The notes under the pieces: model-generated
What the model was told of the DNA's origin: nothing
The model's input: only the letters and a program-made list of their open reading frames with translations
Database searches by the model: none
Program-made: the position numbers and the translations under genes
IMG/VR virus record: IMGVR_UViG_3300009095_000039
Coordinates: 1-35,395 of that record
Source: a virus
Lineage: Duplodnaviria > Caudoviricetes
Length of the DNA stretch: 35,395 nt
Direction: 5' to 3' (one strand)
Shown here: positions 16,379-25,671 of the stretch, piece by piece
How the letters are laid out: the number at the start of each line of letters is the position of its first letter
Numbering within the stretch: the first letter of the stretch is position 1

Positions 16379-18629
16379 CACGGTGAAGCCTGCACCGCTG
16401 TGTTACCGGGCGGTGGAGTTCCGCGCCGAGCAGCACGGCGACGGGCGCACCCTCGAAGGCTACGCGGCGGTGTTCGACACTCCCACGCGCATCGATTCGT
16501 GGGAAGGCCGATTCGATGAGGTGATCGCGCCGGGCGCGTTCAAACGCACGTTGAACGCGCGCAAACCGGTGTTGCAGTTCGACCACGGCAACGATGTACG
16601 CACCGGGTCGGTGCCGATCGGCACCATCGAGGACATCCGAGAGGACGAGCACGGGCTGTTCGTTCGGGCGCGGCTGTTCGACAACGCCGTGGTGGAGCCG
16701 ATCCGGCAGGCCATCGAAGGCGGCGCCATCGACGGCATGTCGTTCCGGTTCCGCGTGGTGCGCGACGAGTGGCGCGATGCCGCCGGCGCGATCGTGAAGG
16801 ATCGCGACGTGGGCGGCCTGCTGTTCGACCCCGGCGACCGGGGACCGTTGCAGCGGACCATCCGCGAAGTCCAGCTGTTCGAAGCCGGACCCGTGGTGTT
16901 CCCAGCGTATGAGGCGACCACGGTTGGCGTGCGCTCGATGCTGGCCAACCTGACCGCTGACGAGCGAGACGCGCTCGTGCGCGACCTCGCCCACGAACTA
17001 CGGCGACCCACCGGCGAGCCCGACCAGACGGTCACCCCGCCGCAGGCTGCCGCCTCTCCCGAACCGGAACCGTTCCGCTCGGGATCGGAGCCCGCCAAGC
17101 CTGGCACCTCCGCACACGACATCGACAAGGAAGGGAACCGAACGATCATGGATCAGACCATGACCGTCGAAGAGCGGGGCGCGCGCCAGAGCGAGATCCG
17201 GGCGCGGCTCGCCGACATCGACACCGAGTGGAGCGGCGCCGCGCTGCCCGACGAGGTGCGATCCGAGTGGGACGCGCTCAACGCCGAGTACGACGAGCAC
17301 GAGCGCGCCATCGCTGAGGACGCCGAGCGCAAGAACCGCATCCGGTCGCTGGCCGAGCGCGGCGGCGGTGCCGGTGACCGTCGGTTCGGCGAGCGCGTCG
17401 ACAACTCCCGTGCTGGCTACGGAAACGGGCCGGCGGTGCACGTGCGCGCCGACAACATCTTCGACCTGTCGGAGATCCGCAACAAGGCGCGCAGCATCGA
17501 TGAGCTGCCGCGGCTGTACCGCGACAACGCCATGCGGGCTGTTGAGTCGGCCCGATTCCCTGGTGTGCGGGACCGTGCCTCGGCGCAGGGGCAGGTGGAG
17601 CGGCTGCTCGATGGTGCCGACGACGAGTCGGGCACGCTAGCGCGCCGGATCCTGGTCACCGGTAGCCCGACCTATGACCGCGCGTTCGGTAAGGCCATGA
17701 CGGCGCTGTCGACGAACGGTCTTACAGCGGAGGAACAGCGCGCGCTGTCGCTGGGCACCGGCTCGGGTGGTGGGTTCGCGGTTCCGTTCCAGCTGGACCC
17801 GACGGTGAGCCTGACCAGTAACGGGCAGGTTGATCCGATCCGCCAGATTGCTCGCGTCGAACAGATTGTGGGCAAGGAATGGCAGGGCGTGACCTCGGCC
17901 GGTATCACGGTGTCCCGTGCCGCGGAAGCTGCGGAAGCTGCCGACAATTCGCCGACGCTGGCCCAGCCCACGGTGAAGCCGACCCGCGTGCAGGGTTTCG
18001 TGCCGTTCTCGGTGGAGATCGACCAGGACTGGAACGCGATGCGTTCCGAGATCACGATGATGCTGGGCGAGGCCAAGGCCACGGAAGAGGCCACGTCGTT
18101 TGTCCTCGGTGACGGCACCGGCAACAACCCGTTCGGTGTGGTGACCACGCTGGCCAGTTCCAGCCACGTCCCCGCCGCCGGCGAGGGTATCGCCGTTGGC
18201 GACATCTACGCCGTGGAAGAGGCCTTGCCGCCGCGGTTCCGTGCCCGCGCGCAGTGGCTCGCCAACCGGTCGATCTACAACAAGGTTCGGCAGCTGGACA
18301 CCGCGGGCGGCGCGAACCTGTGGGTTCGGCTGGACGCGGCGACGCCGCCGGAACTGATCGGCTACCCCGCGCACGAGGCGTCCGCCATGGACGGCACCAT
18401 CAACCCGGCCGTGACCGAAACCAACCTGGTGCTGCTGTTCGGTGACTTCTCGAAGTTCCTGATCGTGGACCGGGTTGGTATGGACGTTGAGCTGATCCCG
18501 CACCTGTTCGGCGCCGCCAACCGATTCCCGACCGGGCAGCGCGGCATCTACGCGGTGTGGCGCAACAGCTCCAAGATCCTCGCCGACAACGCGTTCCGCC
18601 TGCTGAAGGTGACGACCTCCGCCACCTGA
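16371..18629 (+). CDS. Fused HK97-type prohead protease and major capsid protein
   Basis: Protease motifs EGYAAVF, FDHG, GMSFRF and VVFPAY; capsid motifs GGFAVP, GDGTGNNPFG, LIGYP and LFGDFS; single open frame. Confidence 0.92.
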   Translation: MADTVKPAPLCYRAVEFRAEQHGDGRTLEGYAAVFDTPTRIDSWEGRFDEVIAPGAFKRTLNARKPVLQFDHGNDVRTGSVPIGTIEDIREDEHGLFVRARLFDNAVVEPIRQAIEGGAIDGMSFRFRVVRDEWRDAAGAIVKDRDVGGLLFDPGDRGPLQRTIREVQLFEAGPVVFPAYEATTVGVRSMLANLTADERDALVRDLAHELRRPTGEPDQTVTPPQAAASPEPEPFRSGSEPAKPGTSAHDIDKEGNRTIMDQTMTVEERGARQSEIRARLADIDTEWSGAALPDEVRSEWDALNAEYDEHERAIAEDAERKNRIRSLAERGGGAGDRRFGERVDNSRAGYGNGPAVHVRADNIFDLSEIRNKARSIDELPRLYRDNAMRAVESARFPGVRDRASAQGQVERLLDGADDESGTLARRILVTGSPTYDRAFGKAMTALSTNGLTAEEQRALSLGTGSGGGFAVPFQLDPTVSLTSNGQVDPIRQIARVEQIVGKEWQGVTSAGITVSRAAEAAEAADNSPTLAQPTVKPTRVQGFVPFSVEIDQDWNAMRSEITMMLGEAKATEEATSFVLGDGTGNNPFGVVTTLASSSHVPAAGEGIAVGDIYAVEEALPPRFRARAQWLANRSIYNKVRQLDTAGGANLWVRLDAATPPELIGYPAHEASAMDGTINPAVTETNLVLLFGDFSKFLIVDRVGMDVELIPHLFGAANRFPTGQRGIYAVWRNSSKILADNAFRLLKVTTSAT

Positions 18630-18640
18630 TCGCGGCATAC

Positions 18641-18676
18641 CGGAAGGGGCCCGCCCGCTGTGGTGGGCCCCTTCCG
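18641..18676 (+). terminator. Hairpin after the capsid gene
   Basis: CGGAAGGGGCCCGCC...GGTGGGCCCCTTCCG. Confidence 0.65.
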
Positions 18677-18693
18677 CTTGGGAAGGGGTACGC

Positions 18694-19038
18694 ATGTCCG
18701 CAGACATCTACGTCGCCACCGAATCGGCTGTGCTGTTCGTTGGCGGGCAACAGTACGTGGTTCACAAGGGGCGCACCCGAGTGCGCGCCGGGCACCCGCT
18801 GCTGGCGCGAAACGCGCACCTGTTCGGCCCGTTGGGCGTCGACTACGACATCGAGCAGACCGCCGAGTCGGCGCCCGTCGAGCAGGCCACCGCCGCGCCG
18901 GGCGAGAAACGCGAACTGAGCAAGCCGGACCCGGCCGTGGTACGCGCGTGGGCGGCCGACAACAGCATCGACGTGCCAGCGCGCGGCAAGCTGCCCGCGT
19001 CGGTGATCGCCGATTACCTCGCCGCACACCAGGGGTGA
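18694..19038 (+). CDS. Protein with C-terminal Lsr2-type DNA-binding domain
   Basis: VVRAWAADNSIDVPARGKLPASVIADY matches the Lsr2 C-terminal consensus IRxWAxxxGxxVxxRGRIPxxVxxAY. Confidence 0.8.
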   Translation: MSADIYVATESAVLFVGGQQYVVHKGRTRVRAGHPLLARNAHLFGPLGVDYDIEQTAESAPVEQATAAPGEKRELSKPDPAVVRAWAADNSIDVPARGKLPASVIADYLAAHQG

Positions 19039-19041
19039 GCC

Positions 19042-19674
19042 GTGGCCACGCTTGACGTGATCAGTCTGGATGAGGCCAAACAGGCGATCAACGGCACCGG
19101 CACCACGGCGGATGACACCGAGTTGTCGCTGTGGATCAGCGCGGTGTCGCAACGGCTCGACGAGCTCGTCGGCCCGGTCGTGGTGCGCACAATCACCGGG
19201 GAAGCCCACGACGGTGGTTTGTACGCGGTGCATCTGGCGCACGCCCCAATCACCTCGATCACGTCGGTCACGGAGTACGACAACGGCACCGAGCGCGTGT
19301 TGACCGCCGAGACCACAACGACACGGCCGACGGCCGGGTACGTGGCGGACCGCTACGAACCGAACCCGGCGCTGCTGTCGCGGCTGTTGCGGCGCCGCAG
19401 CAACGGCGCCGACACGAAGTTCGCACCCGGCCGCGGCAACGTCGTGGCGTCCTACACCGCGGGCCGATTCGCCGACACCGCCAGCGTCGAAAAGCGCTAC
19501 AAACTCGCCGCGAACCTGATGCTGATCAACCTATGGCGGTCACAGCAGGCCAGCACCGGCGCGGTCGGCGAATATGACGTGCCCGCGTCCAACTTCCCGA
19601 CGTTCGCGGTACCGCGGGCGGTGCGGGAAATGTTCTCTCGGGAGCTACAAGAACCGCGGGTGGTGGTGGCATGA
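19042..19674 (+). CDS. Head-tail connector/adaptor
   Basis: ISLDEAKQAI...DDTELSLWISA; VVASYTAG; synteny. Confidence 0.75.
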   Translation: MATLDVISLDEAKQAINGTGTTADDTELSLWISAVSQRLDELVGPVVVRTITGEAHDGGLYAVHLAHAPITSITSVTEYDNGTERVLTAETTTTRPTAGYVADRYEPNPALLSRLLRRRSNGADTKFAPGRGNVVASYTAGRFADTASVEKRYKLAANLMLINLWRSQQASTGAVGEYDVPASNFPTFAVPRAVREMFSRELQEPRVVVA

Positions 19675-20123
19675 GTACCGGCACCACGCTGCCCGCCGTT
19701 AAGCGCGCGATCGTCGACGCGCTCGCCGCGCGCCCTGGCATGGCCGGGGTGCAGGTGTCCTACGAAATGCCGCAGCGCGGCATCGCCGCCGAGTCGGTGT
19801 GGTTCGGGGAGGACACCGAAACCGAGACCGAAATCCCGGTCATGAAGGCCGGCACCAAGCACGTCGACGAAACGTATGCGCTGCCGCTGGTGGTGCAGGT
19901 GCTCGTCACCGACGGGCGCGACGCCGAAACCGCCGACCTGCGGGCCGCCGCGCTGCTCGCGCAGGTGCAGCAGTGCCTTGCCGTGCAGCCGCGGATCATT
20001 CCGGCGATTCAGTGGGCCGAAATGGCCGGGTGGGTGCACCACGTCGGCCCGATCGGCGATGGAACTTCCCGTGGTTCCCGATTCGATGTGTCGGTGCGCG
20101 TCCGTGCCCGGCTGTCCCCGTAG
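19671..20123 (+). CDS. Putative tail terminator/neck protein
   Basis: Size and position before the tail tube gene. Confidence 0.55.
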   Translation: MSTGTTLPAVKRAIVDALAARPGMAGVQVSYEMPQRGIAAESVWFGEDTETETEIPVMKAGTKHVDETYALPLVVQVLVTDGRDAETADLRAAALLAQVQQCLAVQPRIIPAIQWAEMAGWVHHVGPIGDGTSRGSRFDVSVRVRARLSP

Positions 20124-20143
20124 ACCCGTTTCAGGAGTGAGCA

Positions 20144-20329
20144 ATGCGCATCGTCTACATCGGCCCGTTCGTGGCGGTTGACGTGCCGTCGCTGGGCATC
20201 ACCGCCGAGCGTGACGTGCCGATCGAAGTGCCCGACGGCGCCGCCGCGAAGTTGTTGGAGCAGTCGACCGTGTGGGCCGAAGCCAAGCCGCCGAAGCCCT
20301 CCAGCAAGACCCGATCGGAGGGTGAGTAA
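20144..20329 (+). CDS. Small hypothetical virion-region protein
   Basis: AGGAG SD; MRIVYIGP...EVPD...KLLEQ. Confidence 0.65.
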   Translation: MRIVYIGPFVAVDVPSLGITAERDVPIEVPDGAAAKLLEQSTVWAEAKPPKPSSKTRSEGE

Positions 20330-21315
20330 TGGCCATCCCCAGTGGGCTCGACGCCCAGTTGATGACCGGCGAGGAAACCACCTATGGCACTGCGGTCACC
20401 GTTGACCGCGGCTACGAAATCCGCGCCGAGTCGCTGTCGCTGGAAGCCCAGCGCATCGAGTCCTCGGCGATCCGGCCGGGCAAGCGCGTGCTACGCACGG
20501 GCCGGTGGTTCCAGGGGCAGCGGTCGGTCGGCGGCGAGATCACGATGGAGCTCGGCACCGTCGGGTTTGGCCGGTGGTTCAAGCACGCGTTTGGCGCGGT
20601 GTCGACGTCTCAGCCCGACGCCACGAACGCGCCGACGGTCTACAAGCACACGTTCACCCCTGGCGCGCTGCCGCCCGGCATGACGATCCAGGTGGGACGC
20701 CCGGACACCGCGGGCACGGTGCAGCCGTTCACCTACACCGGGTGCAAGGTGGCGTCGTGGACGTTGTCGAGCGCCATCGGCGAAATCGTGACGTTCGCGC
20801 CGACCCTGCTGGGCCGCGATGAGACCACCGCGACCGCGCTGGCGACCGCCAGCTATCCGGCCAACCTGGACCTGCTCACGTTCGTTGAGGGCAGCCTCAC
20901 GTTGGGCGGCACCGCATACGAAATGCGGTCGATCAACCTGCAGGGCACCAACGGACTCGCCGATGACCGGTACGTGCACGGCAGCAGGCTGCGGAATGAG
21001 CCGTTGGAGATCGGCGCCGAAGGGTCGCAGGCGCGCACCTACACCGGCACGATCGAAGGCGAGTTCCAGAGCCTCACCGCCTACAACCGGTTCGTCAGCG
21101 GTGATGAGGCTGAAATGGTGTTGCTGTTCGCCGGCGGCACCATCGCGGGCGCGTTGAATTACGAAGTGCGGATTACCGCGAATGTGCGGTTCGACGGCAC
21201 CACGCCGAACGTGCCGGACGGCAACGTGATCATGCAGGCGTTGCCGATCAAGGCGATCGACAACGGCACCACGTCGATCCGGCTGGAGTACCAGACCACC
21301 GACGCGACGGTGTGA
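20329..21315 (+). CDS. Major tail (tube) protein
   Basis: GEETTYGT, FTYTGCKV; Thr/Gly-rich; position. Confidence 0.85.
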   Translation: MAIPSGLDAQLMTGEETTYGTAVTVDRGYEIRAESLSLEAQRIESSAIRPGKRVLRTGRWFQGQRSVGGEITMELGTVGFGRWFKHAFGAVSTSQPDATNAPTVYKHTFTPGALPPGMTIQVGRPDTAGTVQPFTYTGCKVASWTLSSAIGEIVTFAPTLLGRDETTATALATASYPANLDLLTFVEGSLTLGGTAYEMRSINLQGTNGLADDRYVHGSRLRNEPLEIGAEGSQARTYTGTIEGEFQSLTAYNRFVSGDEAEMVLLFAGGTIAGALNYEVRITANVRFDGTTPNVPDGNVIMQALPIKAIDNGTTSIRLEYQTTDATV

Positions 21316-21318
21316 ACC

Positions 21319-21888
21319 ATGCCGGCGCGCATCGAGATCAAAGGCAGCGGCGATTTCCGGAAGGCCGCGGCCGAGCTGCGCGCCGCGGGCGATGGCCGGT
21401 TGCGCCGCGAGATGGGCCGCAACATGCAGGCCGCGGCGCGACCGGCGGTCAACGCCGCGCAGGACAACGTGCGGTCGCTCAACACCTCGGCGACCGGCCG
21501 CGGTGGTGGTGGGCAGCAGCGCCGCGAATACGCCATGTCGCGTACCCGGTCACGCACCGAGAAAGCCAAGCGCAAGGCGTTCGAGGGCCGCGGGTTGCGG
21601 GCCACGATCGCGCGTGCGGTGCGGTTGCAGATGTCCACTGGCGCCCGCTCGGCGTCGGTGCGCATCCGCACGCAAACCCGTTTCCTGCCCGAAGACCAAC
21701 GCAAGTTGCCGCGGTACATGGACGACGGCCGGTGGCGGCACCCCGTGTTCGGCAACCGTGACCGGTGGGTGACACAAACCGCCACCCCGATCGCCTGGTT
21801 TGACCGGGCGATGCTGCGCCACGGCCCGAAAGTCCGCGACGGCGCACGCAAGGCCATCGACGACATCATCAGCAAGCTCGCGAAATGA
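21319..21888 (+). CDS. HK97 gp10-like tail completion protein (putative)
   Basis: Basic protein with WRHPVFGNR..WVTQ...WF motif. Confidence 0.55.
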   Translation: MPARIEIKGSGDFRKAAAELRAAGDGRLRREMGRNMQAAARPAVNAAQDNVRSLNTSATGRGGGGQQRREYAMSRTRSRTEKAKRKAFEGRGLRATIARAVRLQMSTGARSASVRIRTQTRFLPEDQRKLPRYMDDGRWRHPVFGNRDRWVTQTATPIAWFDRAMLRHGPKVRDGARKAIDDIISKLAK

Positions 21889-21895
21889 GGACTGC

Positions 21896-22243
21896 ATGAG
21901 CATCCGATTCAAGCTCGGCGAATCCGAGTGGATGTTGGACTTCGACACGATCAAAGTCGACGAGTCCATCGAGCTGTGCAAGCTCACCGGTTACAAGTGG
22001 GGCCAGCTGTGCAAGAACTTCGACAATATCGGCGAGCTCGACGCGCTCGCGGTGAAGGCGTTCTTCTGGCTGGCGCGCCGCAAGTCCGGCGAGAAGTTGG
22101 CGTTTGACGGTGAGGCCATGAACTTCACGTGGTCGCAGCTCCGGCTCGAACCCGTCATGGCCGTGAACACCGACCAGGACACCCAGCAGGCGCCGGACCC
22201 TACCCCAGCGACGTCGAAGACGTCGACGTCGCAGAAGAGGTAG
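21896..22243 (+). CDS. Tail assembly chaperone (G)
   Basis: GAGG SD; lies between the tail tube and tape measure genes. Confidence 0.75.
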   Translation: MSIRFKLGESEWMLDFDTIKVDESIELCKLTGYKWGQLCKNFDNIGELDALAVKAFFWLARRKSGEKLAFDGEAMNFTWSQLRLEPVMAVNTDQDTQQAPDPTPATSKTSTSQKR

Positions 22244-22395
22244 CTCGCTACAAGCCGTGGTTTCTGCACCTGTGGCACATGCACCCGGCCGACGTCGGGC
22301 GGTTGACGCTGACCGACTTCTGGATGTGCGCCGACCTGGTGGACGAGCACCGACGCGCCCACAGCGAGGCGCCAGCACACGCTAGGGGGCGGTAA
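22196..22395 (+). CDS. Tail assembly chaperone T segment, reached by a probable -1 frameshift at GAC-CCT-AC
   Basis: The -1 frame PYPSDVEDVDVAEEV...WHMHPADVGRLTLTDF lacks its own start and runs to the TAATG overlap with the tape measure gene. Confidence 0.65.
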
Positions 22396-24794
22396 TGGCA
22401 ACACGCGACCTGGTGTTCACCGTCCTCGGCATCGACCGCGCCTCGCGCACCTTCGACAAAGTCGGGGATTCGGTCGACCGACTTGGGAAGCGCGCCACGC
22501 TCGCGCTTGCTGGCGTCACGGCAGGCTCGGCGACCGCGGGCGCCGCGGTGGCCGCCGCGGTCGGCGGGCTGCCGCTGGTGTTCGCCGCGTTCGGTGCCGC
22601 CGCGCTGCGCAACAACACCGCGGTGCGCTCATCGTTCGAGTCGCTGTCGAACACCGTGCAAGACGGGCTGATGTCCGATGCCGCGCCGCTTGAGGGCGCG
22701 TTCGTCGGCGCGGCCGAGCAGATCGGCGCCGCCTACGCCGAGCTGCGCCCGCAGTTCCGGGAAGCGTTCGCCGCATCCGCGCCGTACGTGACCGAGCTGA
22801 CCGCCGGTGTAACGGACTTCGCGCGGAACGCCATGCCCGGCATGGTGTCCGCTGTCCGCTCTGCCGGTCCGGTCATCGACGGCATGAGCTCACTCATGGC
22901 GGACGCCGGGACCGGGGTCGGCGAATTCTTCGAAGTCATCGCGGCCGGATCGGACAACGCCGGACAGGGCATCGCCCACTTCGGACAGCTCATAGCCGGT
23001 GTCCTTCCCGAGGTCGGTGGGCTGATCGTCAACACCACGGACCTGTGGGCCGAGCACGGCGACGAAGTAGCCGACGTCGTTACCCGGATCATCGGCGTCA
23101 TCAACGACATGTCCGGCAGTGCCCTGCCGGTGATGTCCGCCGCGGTCGGTGTCGCGCTCGACGTGCTGACCGGCGTTCTCAACGTTGTCGAGCCGCTGTC
23201 CGGCGTGCTCGGTCCGCTGATCGGCACGTGGCTGTCGCTGGCCGCGGCCATGCGCGGTATCCGGGCGGTGAGTGGTGTCGTCGCCGGTGTCACCACGTCC
23301 GTGATGCAGTTTGGGGAGCAGACGCGGCGCGCCGCCGGTGCCGGTGGGGTGGGCATGCTCACCCACGCCGGGCGCGGGCTGCTGGCCACGCTCGGTGGCC
23401 CGTTCGGTGCCGCGCTCGCCGCGGCGTCCGTCGCGCTGGCCATCTTCGGATCGGCATCGCAAAACGCCGAAGGTGACCAGCGGTCGCTGTCCTCAGCGCT
23501 GCGGGACTCGGCGGGCGCGTTCGATTCCAACGCGCGCGCCGCCATCATGCAGTCCGAGCAGTACCAGGACGTCGCCGATTCGGTTGAGGCTGCTGGGTTG
23601 ACGCACGCCGAGTATGTCGACGCGCTGATCGCTGGCGGTCCGGCGCTGGACAGCTTGAAAGCGAAGCTGCAGGCCTACAACCAGACCGCCTTCGAGCAGC
23701 AGGGCACCTTCCAAGGCGTCCGCGGTTCCATGCAGGAGCAGTTCGAGGCGTCGACTGACTTGTTGCTGGCAACCGACGGGCTGCGCAGCACCGTGGTGGG
23801 CGCGATCGAAGAACAGCGGCAGTACGCCGAAGGTGTCGACCAGGCCGGATCTGCCATGCAGAACTCGGTACCGGGCGCGGAATCGCTGCGCGAAGCCATG
23901 GACACGCTTCAGAACTCCACTGCCGACACCGCAGACCGAGTCGATGCACTCAACACGGCATGGCGGCAGCTGTTCGGTATCGAGATCACGATGGAAGAGG
24001 CCGTCGCCGGTTTCGAAGAGGGCCTGGACAACCTCCGCGAATCCATGGAAGGCGTCCGGTCCGGGACTGCGAACTGGCATGCTGCGTTGTTCGCGGCCGA
24101 CGGGCAGATCAACACCACCACTGAAGAGGGACGCGAGCTTCACTCCAACCTGATTGAGCAGGGCGACGAGTACCGGCGTCTGGCGCAGACCGCCTACGAC
24201 ACCGCCATTCGGCAAGGCCAGTCGCAGCAACAGGCCACTGATGCGGCGCGGACCGCTGTCGACCAGCGGCGCGCGCAGTTCATCGCCGAGGCGCAGCAGA
24301 TGGGGTTCACCGCCGCGGAGGCTCAGCGGCTCGCCGACAAGTACTTCGGTATGCCCCGCGACATCCTGACCACGATCCGGGGCGACGTAACCCAGGCGTA
24401 TGCCGCAGTCACTTCCTGGGAAAACTGGTTCCGGCCACGCAGTCGACAGACGATCTTCATCGAGACGCAGGTCAGCCGACAGATCGGCGGATACTTTACG
24501 CGTGAGGGATACCGCCGGGGTGCGGGCGGCACGTCCACCCGCGCCACCGGTGGGCCGGTCGCCTCGCAACGGCCGGTGCTGGTCGGCGAGCAAGGCCCCG
24601 AGCTGCTGGTGCCGTCCGGTCCGGGCCGGGTGCTACCGACGCACCAAACCCGCCAGCTGTTGGCGCAGTCCGCTCCCGAGCGTGAGCCGACGCCGCGCGC
24701 AACGGTCAACATCGGCACGTTCGTGGCGGCACCGCACCAGTCGCCCTACGACATCGCAGCTGATCTGGATTGGTTCGCACGTGGGGGTGGATAA
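22395..24794 (+). CDS. Tape measure protein
   Basis: 799 aa, Ala/Gly-rich and helical; C-terminal RATGGPV...LVGEQGPELLVP. Confidence 0.92.
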   Translation: MATRDLVFTVLGIDRASRTFDKVGDSVDRLGKRATLALAGVTAGSATAGAAVAAAVGGLPLVFAAFGAAALRNNTAVRSSFESLSNTVQDGLMSDAAPLEGAFVGAAEQIGAAYAELRPQFREAFAASAPYVTELTAGVTDFARNAMPGMVSAVRSAGPVIDGMSSLMADAGTGVGEFFEVIAAGSDNAGQGIAHFGQLIAGVLPEVGGLIVNTTDLWAEHGDEVADVVTRIIGVINDMSGSALPVMSAAVGVALDVLTGVLNVVEPLSGVLGPLIGTWLSLAAAMRGIRAVSGVVAGVTTSVMQFGEQTRRAAGAGGVGMLTHAGRGLLATLGGPFGAALAAASVALAIFGSASQNAEGDQRSLSSALRDSAGAFDSNARAAIMQSEQYQDVADSVEAAGLTHAEYVDALIAGGPALDSLKAKLQAYNQTAFEQQGTFQGVRGSMQEQFEASTDLLLATDGLRSTVVGAIEEQRQYAEGVDQAGSAMQNSVPGAESLREAMDTLQNSTADTADRVDALNTAWRQLFGIEITMEEAVAGFEEGLDNLRESMEGVRSGTANWHAALFAADGQINTTTEEGRELHSNLIEQGDEYRRLAQTAYDTAIRQGQSQQQATDAARTAVDQRRAQFIAEAQQMGFTAAEAQRLADKYFGMPRDILTTIRGDVTQAYAAVTSWENWFRPRSRQTIFIETQVSRQIGGYFTREGYRRGAGGTSTRATGGPVASQRPVLVGEQGPELLVPSGPGRVLPTHQTRQLLAQSAPEREPTPRATVNIGTFVAAPHQSPYDIAADLDWFARGGG

Positions 24795-25661
24795 ATGGCC
24801 GCTGGTGACCTGATCACCACCGACGGACAAATCGAGTGGCGCGGCACCCTGCTGGGCGTCGACACCGCGTTCGGCCTGGTGCAGCTGGAAGGCTGGCAAG
24901 ACCTTCCCGACATGCGCGACGGTGACGCCGAGCTCGCCAACGCCCACGGCTACCAGCCCGGCCAACTGCACTCCGATCGGCGGATCGTCACGCTGTCGTT
25001 CGAGCTCGGCGACCCGAACCCCGCGGCGTTCCGGGCCGCCGAGTCAACGTTGCGGCGCATCACCGCACCCGACGAAAACCCGGCCGAAGAACCCCTGGTG
25101 GTGCAGTGGCAGGGCATCAAAGCGATGGTGTGGGCGCGCTGTGTCCGCCGCTCGATCCCCACCCCTGTCGAGTACTCCTATGGGCTCACGCGCGGTGCGA
25201 TCCAGTGGCGGGCGACCAACCCGCGGCTGCTGCACCTACCGCAGCAGTCCTTCACCACCAACCCGCCGGTGGCTGGTGGCGGTGGCCTGGTGTGGCCGCT
25301 GGTGTGGCCGCTGGTGTGGGGCTCGGCGCAGTCCGGCGGCGAGCTCGTCATCACCAACGATGGCAACGCGCACGCACAACCGGTGTGGCGTATCACCGGA
25401 CCCTGTACGCGGCCGGTAATCCGCAATGTCGACACCGGCGCCGAGCTCGCGTTCGACGCCACCTACACGCTGCCCGCCGGCCAAACCCTGGTGCTGACCA
25501 CGCAGGACAAATCAGTGTTGCTGTCCACCGGCGTGAGCCGCAGCAACCGGTTGGAGCGCCGGCAGTGGTTCACCCTGCCACCTGGCGACACCCGGGTCAG
25601 GTTCGAAACCTCCGACGGCACCGGGCAGCTCGAATGCCTTTACTACCACACGAGTTTCTGA
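24795..25661 (+). CDS. Distal tail (Dit)-like protein
   Basis: Follows TMP; GLVWPLVWPLVWG, ITNDGN, ITGP and WFTLPPG motifs. Confidence 0.8.
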   Translation: MAAGDLITTDGQIEWRGTLLGVDTAFGLVQLEGWQDLPDMRDGDAELANAHGYQPGQLHSDRRIVTLSFELGDPNPAAFRAAESTLRRITAPDENPAEEPLVVQWQGIKAMVWARCVRRSIPTPVEYSYGLTRGAIQWRATNPRLLHLPQQSFTTNPPVAGGGGLVWPLVWPLVWGSAQSGGELVITNDGNAHAQPVWRITGPCTRPVIRNVDTGAELAFDATYTLPAGQTLVLTTQDKSVLLSTGVSRSNRLERRQWFTLPPGDTRVRFETSDGTGQLECLYYHTSF

Positions 25662-25671
25662 GGGGGTTCCC

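Noticed and set aside
25289-25323. GGTGTGGCCGCT tandem 12-mers
   Set aside because: They encode the VWPL repeat, a peptide motif usual in distal tail proteins; no sign of a DNA-level role
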